The notes under the pieces: model-generated | Database searches by the model: none | What the model was told of the DNA's origin: nothing | What the model saw: the letters and a program-made list of their open reading frames with translations, nothing else | Shown here: in pieces, positions 35,625-47,975 of the stretch | Layout of the letters: the number at the start of each line of letters is the position of its first letter | Position numbering within the stretch: the first letter of the stretch is position 1 | DNA from: Marsupella aquatica | Lineage: Eukaryota > Plantae > Marchantiophyta | Direction: 5' to 3' | DNA length: 64,000 nucleotides | NCBI GenBank assembly: GCA_973895155.1 | Contig: OZ316891.1 | Coordinates: 23,373,899 to 23,437,898, forward strand | Translations under genes and position numbers: made by a program

Positions 35625-38167
35625 TCATGAATGTTTTGCACTTTTTCGAGGGAGGAAAAAGGACAGAAAATCTGGATGATGTTCAAGAGCTTCCAGAACC
35701 TGTGGAGTAGATACAATGTGCATAAATGCAGCCGAAGAAACACCGGGGGTTGGAGGGCTGACGTAGGTCATGCCCAACGTTCCCATACAATGTGTTCCGT
35801 TCACCACTGGTGCAAAAAATGGGCTGCCAAACCCAAAATCTATATTATACAGTGGAAAGGAACTCCAGCAAGTTTGTCCCCATATCAGTGTATTATCATT
35901 CACCAGTGTATTATCATTCACCATGGCATCTATTTCAACTCCTAGCCTGCAGCATCACAGACATAATTGATATCAATGTCAATATTTGCTAGATGCATGG
36001 ACAATCCATCCTCTGTGAACAAGTAATAAAATAAGATAACACCATGGACTGACATCATTACCATGTTTTGCGACTGGTTGTATTGATCTTGTCACGGATC
36101 TTGCTTGCAATGATAGACAAGGGCATAAGCAAAAGTTCAGCACTTGAAATCGTCGGCGGCGTCATCTGTGTAACGATATTTCCTAACAAATTTGGCACTG
36201 GAGGATCATAGAACCTGATTCTCCCGTCAACACCACTCAGCATTCCAATTTCTTTTCCACCTATGATCGAGAAAGGCAGACTTGATACTGTTTTCCACAT
36301 GTGAGCGTATATGCAATCCATTGTGCTCACGTATGCTCCATCCGCACTCCTTTTAACTTCCTGTTTGAGAGATTCGATGACTGATGCATTGACCTAAGAT
36401 AGAAAATTACACGACAAATCTTACAACCGATGCAACATTATGTTGAGGCACATGAATGAATTGCACCCAAGTACGAAACAAGGCTTATCTTTGGTACCTA
36501 CCATACGCTCACCCAAAACATGGACAGATGAAGACAGCAACGCTGTTTACGCGGGTTTTTACCTCGTAACATTTTGAATTCCATGGTACACCAGGCGGAG
36601 GGGCAGATCGGCGGGATCCAGGCCCTGGGGTTGATTTCTGTATCGCTGCTCGATTGTGGTCCAGAATCATGTTGGTTTTGTCAGTTCGAGAGAGGTCGGA
36701 CCAAGCTGTCATGAAATGCATAAAACTCCTACCATCCGCGTGCATGTGATTGAAGGTGACACCAAGGACCAGGCCCCCACATTTGAAGCGTGTGATCTGT
36801 TTGAAAGGCAAGACCATTAAATAAGTCAAAACTAATCCATCGTCATTAAGTTAGATGTAAGAGGTATCTACTCTCTCTATGGAGGACAATATATACACTA
36901 TTCACTCTTTCCAGTGTCATATCATGAGATCTCTATAAGATGAAAAATATAGTGACTGTCAAAGGGTTATGCAAAACTTAATAAAAGGAGGCTTTGCCAC
37001 ACAACGCATGGGTTGGCAGGGAGTGTGCCAATTCCCGTAGAGCCTGTCTATCTCACACTCATGACCAGATTCTGAAGGGCACATAACAGAACAACAAGAA
37101 ATAAATCACGAGATATGACCACATGGAAAGTTTCTGGGTTTGCTATGAGTACAAAAAGAGAATTCGCACTCATTTACTGCCCACAGACAATGATAAGTGT
37201 AAAAGTGACAATGTCATAATTTGAACCTCAATTCGGCGAAGTGCCAGTTTCCTTCGGGCCTGCCAATTTTGCTTTTGCGCTTGTAAAACAAACAATGAAT
37301 TGCATATCAAAGGAGGGGGAGGCTCAGGCGCTGGAACGGATAGATGTCGTATTCTGGGAAGACTAACTAGTACGAATGTACTGCTGTATGGGATAGATGT
37401 AGCAATTAGATATGGATTTTCTGTACTGAAATTTGTAATATCAATGCATGTCGTGGAATTCAAGGATCTCTTTCAAAAACAAAACACTCATCCGTCCTAA
37501 GTTTCTACATTCATAGCTCCAGCCAGTTAGAGATTTTCAATGTTCAGTCAGAAGTCCGTAAATGTGCGTTTCGATTCCAGATGGGTTAGAAAAGATCGCT
37601 CTCCAGTTCCATTTCAGACCGAAATTTAGGCCAAAAGTGCAAAATCAGCGACAGTATGCTAGCTACGGAGGAAGATCCCCGTGAACTTACCTGGACGAAT
37701 GCACAAGGGAGTCCATCTGGCAGCATTGATTGCGCGAAGCTCCTCCCCTGCATGCCAAGAACGCTGTAGCCTTGTAGCTCCGGGACAGGTCGGAATTCCG
37801 CAGAGAAGCCCACAACTGAGTCCAGATCCTTGTCCACATACGCTTCTATAAACGGAATGCCCTTATTGGTGCACTGCAGCTGGCGGCCCGTACCTCCAGG
37901 GATTGCAATCCATCGGCCGGCCCATGGGAAGAACGGAACCAGCACCTTCCGCAGACCTTGTCGAATCCGATTGACCGTGTCCATATACAAAGCGTCGGAG
38001 TTGTCCGCCAGTCTGTAGGCAAACGCTACGGGTACATACGTGTCCCCTACAAAATTATCTACATCCGTTGCGTCGATTTTCTCCACATGAGGCGTCTTCT
38101 CGAGCGGCTCGACGGTGGTGAGGACTACATTAGTGAACAGAAGTGGAGGGGGCGACTCCCTTCCCAT
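35625..38167 (-). CDS. BAHD acyltransferase, 4 exons: 38167-37691, 36796-36563, 36393-36062, 35946-35625 (454 aa)
   Basis: L.PFFPWAGR, conserved Q-intron (FVQ|ITRFKCGG), HXXXD motif (HMHAD), DFGFG motif; all GT-AG junctions in phase; total 1365 nt. Confidence 0.92.
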
Positions 38168-40186
38168 GATCAGCTTCCTGATCGTCGTCCCTGGGATGCA
38201 ATTGAGAATAATAATTATACAGCAGGTGGCTCGAGAAACTCTCAGTGATGAGAACTGTCAGACCGCAGTATCAGAGAAGAGTTCAAATAGTCTGCTGAGA
38301 TTGGAAAAGAAGAGGTCCAGCCAGCTTACTAATTCTCGTCTCTGTGATTGTTGGCAGTTGTTGTGATGGGCCCCGACACCCCAGAGAGTGAGATCGGAAA
38401 AGAGGACCTCCAGTCTGATTCTCGATCAGCTTGAATACTTATTCTGGTCTCCGTCATTGTGATCTAGTGCCGCGACTTAGCCTTGCACTCACATCGGGCA
38501 AAAGCCTTGAGTACCTTGCACTGTGTCTGCCTTCAGTACTTCATGAACCCTGCACTGTCAGTTCGTCGTTGATTTGCGTGACCGCTCCAAGTGCGATGTT
38601 AGCTCATGCGTTTGCTACTATATACCCAAGGAAATGCAACAATCCCTTCCCTTGGTTCCCGCCTTACGATCGTTGTTGGACTTGCCATGGAAGTAGGTGC
38701 GCAGGACCTTCCAGTACATGCAAGACAGCCCTAAGGGCCGTATTTCTCAGAACCCCAACAAGGGAGCGAGAAAGTGCTAGGCACCGACTCGACCTCTCGT
38801 CCCGGCCTGGGCACCGACTCGACGGCCTGGCGGTGTGGAAGCTACCGACGCAACCACCGACGCGACTGTGATTATTGGAGTGTCTTGCATGTGACCGACG
38901 ACCGAGGGACCTGTGCCATGAATGAATTGTTGACGTTTGGACGAAGACCTGTTTTTCAGAATCGCGCATCCAAAGATCGAGTGATCGAGTAAATGCGAGT
39001 GCAATTGGTGTCACCTGACCTTCATGATTTCTTTCATGTGTTTCGGCACCAGTTATTGATCAACTCCCGATAGATGATCTCTTTTAGCCTAGGAATGAAG
39101 ACAGTCTTAGTTGTGCGTTCGAGTACTAGCTGTGTCATGCATATAGAATCGGCAACATGCAAGGAGCGTCGAAACTCTTCATGAGTCATGCACATAGAAT
39201 CGGCAACATGCAAGGAGCTTCGAAACTCTTCATGAGAGCAGTGCACCTTCCTTGACCTATCAACCCAAGACATGCAGATGTACGGGGTAGTCCAGCTGTT
39301 TAGGATGGAAGTTGTGTGGAGTAATTTCCGATTGCCCTATCATAATCTACGTTGTTACAAACATACTGTACAACTCCAAGGCTGCAGCAAACTTCTTTGC
39401 GGTTAAAATAATTGCAGTAGGAGTGGGCAAATTTCTTCTCCGACCACATGGAAGCACTAGCTGGACCAAGAATATTCGATTGCAATTTGGAGATATAAAT
39501 GGACACAATTAATACTTTTGGGGTACATTGCGCTGAAACGAGAGGGGCAATTATTCCCGGGGTCCTCATTTATTAACTTCTGACCCTTCTGACCCATCAC
39601 GCATGAATAAGGAATAAGTATAGCACAAATAAGGAATAAGTATAGGGTTTTTTAATTCAATTCTGCAGAATACTTAAGAATTTTTGTAGAAGAACTTTAG
39701 GGGTTGCGAAATACATATTGCAACTTAGAAGTCTAATAGGGGTGCAAAAAACCCCACTTCTTCAATGTAAGTTGTTAGTTTAAGATAGGGCATTTTTGGC
39801 CTGGACATATATGGGGGACATGTGTCCATTAATAACTTGTCCACGTGGCACATCCATATGTAAGAGGTTACTTAGTGTTATAGGGTTTCATGGTGGCATT
39901 GAGGGACATATTTGAATTATCTGGGCAGGAGGTGGATGATCCGAGAGGGGGGAAAGGGGAAGGGTTAGGGTGCAAAGTGTCGAACCCATTCTCCCACATA
40001 GACGTTGGTTTAAAGGCCTGATATTGGATTGATCGCGATTCCATCCATCCGTCCATTTTTGGGGATCTAATGGTTTACATTGCCTGGCCAGTTTTAGGGC
40101 AAATGTGACTTGGACCATTGGACGAAAGACTCCCGTTTTGCAAAGGGGAGTGCACAAGGGAGCCGCGAAGTAGGCGCTTTGTGCTC

Positions 40187-41166
40187 TGTCACCTGCTTAT
40201 CAAACAATTTACACGAAAAATACGTATTTACTCCTACTAAAATCGTTTGTTATCATATGACGAGAACGTGGAGGGACGCTATTAGGATTCTATTGCATGT
40301 AGGATGAGTATGTGTATTTCCGCTCCCGGAAATGTAATTTTTGATCAAGTCTACTGACTAGCCTCTCTGCTTTTGATCAAGTCCCATGGACTACGCCACA
40401 CACACACTCCTGTTGGTCGCTGGTGGAGTGGTGTCACCATCCCCCCCTACTCACATGGTTGACCAATCCGTGCAAGGATTCCTTAGACACTTCTTGGGAA
40501 AGAACACAATATATCATGAACCAGAAAAGATAACCCCACACCAAAACTTGAGGAATCAAACCAAATCCATATCTTTTGGCAAAAAGTGGTAACACATTGC
40601 AAGGACAACCCGGCCTCCTGCCGTCTGCCCAACTCCTGCCTCACAGGGGCAAGCGCTACACCTCTACCTCACTACTCTGGCTTGATTTCCCCTTTTGGCT
40701 ATGAGCTAACTTCCCTAAAACCCACACTAGATTGAGTTCCCCCCCTTTGCTCACTACGGGGCTCCCCCCTAAATACTGAAAAAACACCAAAGCACCCCTC
40801 ACGGAGTGGCAACTACGGCGACAACCCTAGCGGCGCCACCAAAAACATCTAAGAAATAAACTAACCTAAAGTGTGCGGCACACACACGCTGTGAAAAACC
40901 CTAGCCCACTACGGTATCAACGGTGCCTTCGCCGATACTAACATCCAATCCGTAGTGCATGAAAAGCAAGGACCCAAGAGAAACGAGGCGGTAAACATTA
41001 GAACTATTGGGATATAAAACAAGTAGAACCCTCCAGGGCAGAGCCACCTATAATGAGCGGCATAAACATTCAAAACAAAAAATGGCTTTTTTACAATGGC
41101 TATTTACATTGCACACCACTCTGCGACCCATTATTCGTGATTTTGAGTGATGGGGACCCCGTCACA
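40187..41166 (-). mobile_element. Solo LTR (980 bp) related to element B's LTR but lacking the internal ORF
   Basis: TGTCAC…GTCACA termini; perfect TSD TGCTC (40182-86, 41167-71); left ~740 bp aligns by eye to 50967-51725 and right ~200 bp to ~54835-55044. Confidence 0.88.
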
Positions 41167-41809
41167 TGCTCGCTGCCTCGTGGTTTTTAAGGAACTACAT
41201 GCGCGTACGTATGCGCTGGGTGCTATCTCATTTTTTTCAAAGGAAATCAAGCTACGCGAAGCTTGGGATGGTGCTGCCTCATTTTTTTCGTATGGAAATG
41301 CATGCGCAAAGTGCCTTTGCAATGTTTGAGTTGTAGCTAGATGTTCCCTATGTGAGCTGAAGGGTGATGCGGCAATTTTTTAGCAATCTCAGGGGTGCTG
41401 CGGCTGTATTTTGTTTGTCTGAAGGTTGTGTTCAAGCAATCTAGGTGTTGCGGTCGTGTTTGGGCTGGGTGCTGGGTGCTACGGCCATGATCGATGTGAG
41501 CTTGGGTCAGGGTCTAGACATTCATTTGCTTCCCGATCAACCTTTTTTGAAGGAATGCTTACACATAGGCTGGGCGCTATGGCTCTATTGATCGAAGGTG
41601 GCAACTGCAAGTGTGAGTGAGGTGCAGCTGAAGTCCCGGCTGAAGTCGATCGGGATTGAAAGTGATCAAGCAAGTGACACTATGGGCGAGACTGTCGGCG
41701 CTACGGGTGTGAGTTGTGGCTGCTGGTGGGATTGACATACAATTTCAATCAGGGCCGCAACATTGCTGAGAGCTTTTAGGGAACGTACTGTGGGCGATCT
41801 TCAAAGCAA

Positions 41810-42150
41810 AGTGCAAGCTTGAAGGCTAGGGCAAGCTAGAAGGGCTAAGCGCAAGCTTGAAGGTGAGCACAACGGCTGGGGCGAGCTTCAAGGGCTAAGC
41901 ACAAGCTGGAAGGGCTAAGCGCAAGCAGCTTGAAGGGCAAGCTTGAAGGCGAAGGGCGAGCTGCTTCAAGGTGAAGGGCGAGATTGAAGGCTGGGGCAAG
42001 CTTCAAGGGCAAATCGCGAGCTGGAAGGGCTAAGCGCGAGCAGCTTGAAGGGCGAGCTGCTTGAAGGTGAAGGGCAAGATTGAAGGTTGGGGCAAAGGGC
42101 ATGCTTGAAGGCTGGGGCAAAGGGCGTGCTTGAAGGCTGGGGCAAAGGGC
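41810..42150. repeat. Low-complexity tandem repeat of GCTTGAAGG(G)C-type motifs
   Basis: Many copies of GCTTGAAGG, GGGCAAG and CTAAGCGC. Confidence 0.75.
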
Positions 42151-43626
42151 AGAAGCACAGATTGTCTTAGTTTGCGATTCCAACTCAAGAGGTATTTGAA
42201 ATCTTGGAGCCAAAATGTTGTCGGCCCATTCTATTTTGCTCAGTTTCTCCCTGCTATTCTTCTTCTATAGACTTTTCTCGCAGTCAAATGATTTCTGCTC
42301 TCTCCAATTGCTGAGTATGAACTGAGTTTCCTCCTTTTGTTTGAGCCTTGGTTTGAGCTCTTCCCTTCTTCTCGAGCTCCTCCCAACTTCAATTGAGCTG
42401 CCCATCAAGCTGCTTCCTCCAATCGTGAAGCTTCAATTGAGCTCCTCTCTTTGTTTGCGCTCCTTGCTTCCATCAAGCATAGTCTTGATCAGGGGGCAAT
42501 TTTGTATCAGGCTACTGTGATTGGCCTGCTATGATCGAGGGTGATACCAAGATCTAGAGAGTGAAGCATACTAGGAATATTGTCATAGTGTAGACAATCA
42601 GTACACAGACCTTAATAATGGTCAATTGCAAGCTTGAGGGGGGAAAAAGGACACAAAAAGGATCACCAAAATGGAGAGGTAGTCCTTGTGGTGATAAGAA
42701 GATCAACGATCAAGATTGAAGGATAGTGGGGCCACCAAGGACTTCAACCCTGTGAAGGAATTAATGACGCGTATCCACACAAAAGGACATCACATCATTT
42801 CTAGCCACTAAGATCCTTCCACGGAGAAGGAGGGGACCAGTTCTGTCATTCCCGCAGTTTGAAATCGCCGCCAAGTTTGAAATAGCCGCGCGGCTTCCGC
42901 GCCATCCGCGGGTGTCCATCAACGGTGAGGAATTGGCCGTTGGGGCTTGCTATGCCTTAAATTTCCAGATGTTTGGGAGGCTTCGGGGATACTCAACAAC
43001 AGTGGCAGGGGGAGTGAATGCCGAGTAGTGTTGCAAAGTAGTTTGTTTGGGAGGCTTAGGGGATTGTCAACAACAGTGGTGGTGAGACTGAACGAGACTG
43101 AACGTCGCAAAGTAGTGGATGTCGGCAGTAAATGTCGACAATGAACGTTGAGGAGTTCCACCGAATGTTTCAATTTTAGTGCTTGAAGGAAACATAGTGT
43201 GGACTCTCTATTCTTTCAAATCTTTTCTAAGGTGGTGCGGTTTGGTGACTTTGGTTTAGAGCTTGGGTAAGCAAATGTTGCTTTGTTGCAGTTTCAACCA
43301 ATTCTAGACAAACCTTCATATTCCTGACAGTCGCAATGCATTCGGCGATAGGTGCTTGTAAACTCAAGAACTTTCAAATCAGCAATGGTGCAAATGTTGC
43401 ATACACGGTCTTTGACATATTGTGGGCATGGAGATTTTGCACAGGTTTGGGTGGAAGTGCTACTTCATGAGCGTGACATACTCCGCAGGCCAGACTAAGG
43501 GTACGCTTGTAACTTTGATACCTAATGCACCACCTATTCTACTTTCATCAATATTTGTCGTAGCCTTCTCTACTTTAGATTTACCAGAACTCTCATCAGA
43601 TTTCATCGATATTTGTCGTAGTTGTT

Positions 43627-45214
43627 TTGATGGATACCCCACTTCCATTGCCCGTTGATGGAGGTGAGGATGTAGGGTCATTAGAAAACTCTCCTCAAGA
43701 ACGCTCAACCGGGTCTGTGTTAGTCAACAAACTCTCTAAAGGAAAACCCAGTTCAGATGATTGTGGTGCTCGAGCGGTAGCATCTATTGAGAAATCTAAA
43801 GGTAGTTCAAGCCACCTTCAGAGGCAACAGACAACGAATGGGATCCAGCCGGGTCTGTGTTAGTCAAACTCTCTAAAGGAAAACCCAGTTCAGATGATTG
43901 TGTTGCTCAAGCGGTAGCATCTATTGAGAAATCTAAAGGTAGAGTCAAGCCAGCTTCAGAGGTGATAGACAACGAATGGGATCCAACCAATTTTTACAAG
44001 GACGCTTACTTCTTTGCTACCCAGTTTGGCCTTCCGAATGAAGGCAAAAATCTCCATAGAATCATTGACATTAGTGAGGAAATGCTAGTCACGTGCTTTG
44101 GAGATAAGGGACGGAGCGGTTACAAACTAGGTAGTTGCATAGGCTTGCCACAAGAGGATGTCTTACATTTATCCCAAGTTGTCAATGGATATGAGAAGCC
44201 GGTCAATGGAGTGTTGGCACATACATTTGTTAAGGGAGTGTATGTTGAGCGAGTGTTAATTGGGCCGCATATGCTGCATCTAAGTTGAAAGGCCAGATTG
44301 TTCAATGGCATAAAGAAGGCAAAGGTAAGCCTAATGGGCCCCCTTGTGTAAGGAAGACTGGTCGTGTCTATATTAAGCGCGCAGATGCACAAGTTATTGA
44401 GGATGCAATTCATGAGGTAGTTCCTCCCCCAGTTCCTTCAAGCCTCTCTTTCCCCAAGAGCGGATGGGATGTTCTTTCCCTCAAAAAAGTTCCTGTTGAG
44501 CTACTTGGTACTGCATCTGCCTCCCCTATTCCGTGGGTGCGGCCAAGTCCTTCCACTCTTGCGCAGTCGCCAAGTACCCCCCCTCGTGCCTTGTTACTAT
44601 CCATGCTTCAATCAGAAATGTCATGGAGTAAGAACCAAGTAAGAGAGGCCCGCGAAGATGTTCAGAAACTTCTTTGAAGCCTGGAAAATTTGAATCTTCA
44701 GAGTGCGACCGGCGAAGTGCACTGCAGCGGATTCATCATCAAATTTGCAAACTAGAGGAGGAGTTGAAGCTTGTAAAGGATTCAATATCAAATGAAGAAG
44801 AGAAGCATGAAGAAACCACAAATGCCATTGAGTTGGAAGAAGGCAACCAATGTGAAGACAATGAGGTTTCACTCTGATCAATTTCCACATTAGTTTTTAT
44901 CGCACTTTCTATTTATTCTCTTCACTAACGTTGGAAATCTGAGATTAGTAGCTTGCAGCTAATATGATTTGTGAGTTGATGAATGACACTCTGTTTTTTA
45001 TTCTTTGTGACAGACCCCCAACGATTACTTGACACACCTTCAGACTGATCTGAAGCAACATGAGGCCACAATTGAGATGTTGAACTCCCAGTCAAGATCA
45101 ATTTCAGATGAGTTGACTGTGTTGAGGACGCTCCACACCGACAAAGGTCATATGTTCAAAGACCTGCCAAGCAAGGTGGCAAGATTGACCAAAACCACAC
45201 AGTTAGTTAGTTAA
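43627..45214 (+). pseudogene. Degenerate TE-accessory gene (domain + Pro-rich linker + coiled coil) with ~129-bp internal duplication and a probable intron (~44866-45013)
   Basis: Consecutive frameshifted ORFs; FGLPNEG and GYKLGSC resemble FGLPEG and NGFVMRTC in the 18410 ORF; coiled-coil-like C-terminal pieces. Confidence 0.5.
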
Positions 45215-45837
45215 GTTAACCCGACGACATGTCCGAAAACTTTTTAGCCCATAACGCATGATGAATACGAGACGGGATCCAAGTATCCACTATCGTATTC
45301 AACCTCAATGTTTTCCACCTGCAACTTTGCATCTGGAGATCTTTCGACATGAATACCAACTGAGATCCATGGATCCTATTTTTTTTGCAAGTCCAAAAAC
45401 TCATTGGGAAAATAGGAGGATGAATACCAAATGGGATCCATGGATCCCATCTAGTATTCAACCTCTACATTTTGAAGTTTTTGCATCGCATACCTTGATA
45501 TTTCAGTTTGAAGACCAATTGGGATCCACGACGATTTCCTCAAAAATCTACAATTTAAATTTCAGCATTCCTTGAAAAGACAGACTCTCACTTGAAAAAA
45601 CCCTCGTACGGACCAATCAGGGAATGCCATGTGTACAATGCCCCCAAAAACTATAAAAGGAAGAGCTTGCATCTGTTTTTCATCTTCATTTCTCGCGATT
45701 ACTTTGAGGTTCGTTCAGTATTGAGTAGTTGTTTTCATAGAATACTGTAATCTGAATTATCTCTGTTGGATAGGAATATGTACTCCTATACAACTAAACC
45801 TAAACCAACAATGGCGATCGACCTAAACCCTAAATGA

Positions 45838-46479
45838 TCAAATGTCATGACTATGAAGCCCGTACCCACTATCGGGATTGTTGCTCTCCCAACTCGCTAC
45901 ATCGTCACACCACAACAATGTGTGTAGCCTGTTCTCCACCCATAGCTTGACCCTTCCAAGCTCATCCTCATCAAAGAAACTGTCATACAGATCCCTCTCA
46001 TATCTCTCTATCCTCCAAACATAATATGCCACCCAAGACTTCAATGATATAGGTGACATCATCGCGAGGGCATCAATAGGAGTAATTTGACGCAAGAGGA
46101 CTCGAAACGTGGACGCGGTTGAGTGTCGAGTCCAATGTCGATTTTCAGATATGTTTTCAACAATGTCCAGCAACACTTTTATGGCTGCCCATCCCTTCGA
46201 GTGAGTCATTAGGAATCTCCATTTCCTACTAACTCTTGACAATACACGCATGTTGTTGATTGCGTTGAATGTAGCATTATCATCTCTACCATGAGCATTT
46301 GCACATTCAAATCTGTTTTGAAGTAGAGGCCAAATGTGTCCCTCCGTCAGATCATCCGGGAGGCCGGGGATGAGACTCTGCTTTCGGGCTTCCTGACTGC
46401 GCAATGGATAACGCATAGGCTCCCCCCCAGAACTCCCGGGAGAACTCCATATTAACAACTTATTGGAAAGAGCTATCAA
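45838..46479 (-). CDS. F-box-like protein (intronless)
   Basis: SLIPGLPDDLTEGHIWPLL…LSRVSRKWRFL matches the plant F-box consensus LIPGLPD…VSR.W; start uncertain (ATG at MRYPL). Confidence 0.65.
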   Translation of the reverse strand: MIALSNKLLIWSSPGSSGGEPMRYPLRSQEARKQSLIPGLPDDLTEGHIWPLLQNRFECANAHGRDDNATFNAINNMRVLSRVSRKWRFLMTHSKGWAAIKVLLDIVENISENRHWTRHSTASTFRVLLRQITPIDALAMMSPISLKSWVAYYVWRIERYERDLYDSFFDEDELGRVKLWVENRLHTLLWCDDVASWESNNPDSGYGLHSHDI

Positions 46480-47168
46480 TTTTAGCTCAGTAACGGTCGT
46501 CCTGAACGTCTCAAGCCGTGCAGCGCACTTCTCATGATAACACCTCTACGCATTGGATCCTTCCATGTTGAACAAGAGAATAGTGTCAAGTGGAGACCTC
46601 CATGATAAGGCAACCAAAGAGTGAATAGTGATATGGATGATTGACCTCACAAATTTTGCCCAAAACTTATGGTTTATTGCTAGGAGCAGATTAACTACAA
46701 AAACATTGTCTAAATATTATGGGACTGTTCGATATATTACGGGGTCTCCTATCTGTTATCCATCTCAGAGAGGGTCTCTGAGATTTTGCGGATTGTGCCC
46801 GCCAATTTGTCAACACAATATAGTACACTTATCTTAGAGACTCTGGCCGACTTCACGAGGACAAAAGTGATGGTAAACGACCTCTCCAAGACACATCTCA
46901 AAGACTCTCGCCAACATGAGAAGGACAATTGTGTACTGCCATGTATGTTGAAGAGGTCACTAACATACGAGAACACCGCACTGAGATTCCGCTCAAAAAA
47001 TTAAAACTTTTACTATTCAAATTTTTTTGTACAAAATTGTTCTAATTGGTCTATTACACAAAATTGGTCTAATTGTTCTAATTGGTCTATTACACTAATG
47101 CAGGCTGATATTTGACATGGCATTCAATGTGGGCAAACAACTTTCACATTGGTGCTCAGTCGATGCCA

Positions 47169-47975
47169 CTAAAAATTGTCACGATTAACAGGAACACCAT
47201 TATCAAGTCTTTCTTGAACCTGTTCAATGTACCAGTTATCAACACGAGTCCTTTTCCAAGACTCTACTTGCGCTTGCTCAAGACCATATACGGAGAGGTA
47301 GCAATCCACTTCCTCTGAAGCACATAACAACCAAGAATCGATCCTTTCATTTAAGATACTATCAGACAACCGACTCCAAACATTGATCGGTGGGAACGCT
47401 CTCACTGAATCTCGAAAGAACAAAGGGGTCACTGTAGGCCATCTTACGCAACAAAATGCTATAGCTGTAGTCATTGCAACCCATAGTATGGAGTTTGTTA
47501 TCAAATGTCTCCATTTCCTGTTGATATGAGCAACTGATCGCACCGTCAGGAAGAGAGTCTTCACTGGATGATGACCATCCCGAACTGGATCCAAAACTGC
47601 AACACCTTCGAGCATTGACCGAATCCGGGGCCAGATGTGCAACTCCACAACCTCATCAGGCAACCCTGGAATCAAGTTACTCACTGGAGGGTGACATCGT
47701 AGGGGATAACGAGGATTCCAAATGCGAGCACGGTCTTGTTCCTTACTAGCCAGAAGCGTCCGCAATTCCAATCTAAGCTTTTGTTGTGTCCTATCAATCA
47801 AAAGCTCACATTCGCCTGCGCCGCAATCCATAGTAAGTTTGTAACAAAAAAACATGCCTAATCTGAGAGCGGGCGGATGGTCTACCCTCCTATTGTGACC
47901 CTGTCCATAGCAAACCCTAAACACTAAACTGACAAGAACAACGGATACATAATATCGGTCACATAAAATGGTCAT
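47169..47975 (-). CDS. F-box-like protein (intronless), paralog of 45838-46479
   Basis: RYPLR…NLIPGLPDEVVELHIWPRI…VAHINRKWRHLI. Confidence 0.65.
   Translation of the reverse strand: MTILCDRYYVSVVLVSLVFRVCYGQGHNRRVDHPPALRLGMFFCYKLTMDCGAGECELLIDRTQQKLRLELRTLLASKEQDRARIWNPRYPLRCHPPVSNLIPGLPDEVVELHIWPRIRSMLEGVAVLDPVRDGHHPVKTLFLTVRSVAHINRKWRHLITNSILWVAMTTAIAFCCVRWPTVTPLFFRDSVRAFPPINVWSRLSDSILNERIDSWLLCASEEVDCYLSVYGLEQAQVESWKRTRVDNWYIEQVQERLDNGVPVNRDNF

Noticed and set aside
39133-39236. ~51-bp direct duplication upstream of the BAHD gene
   Set aside because: Simple local tandem duplication with no further structure.
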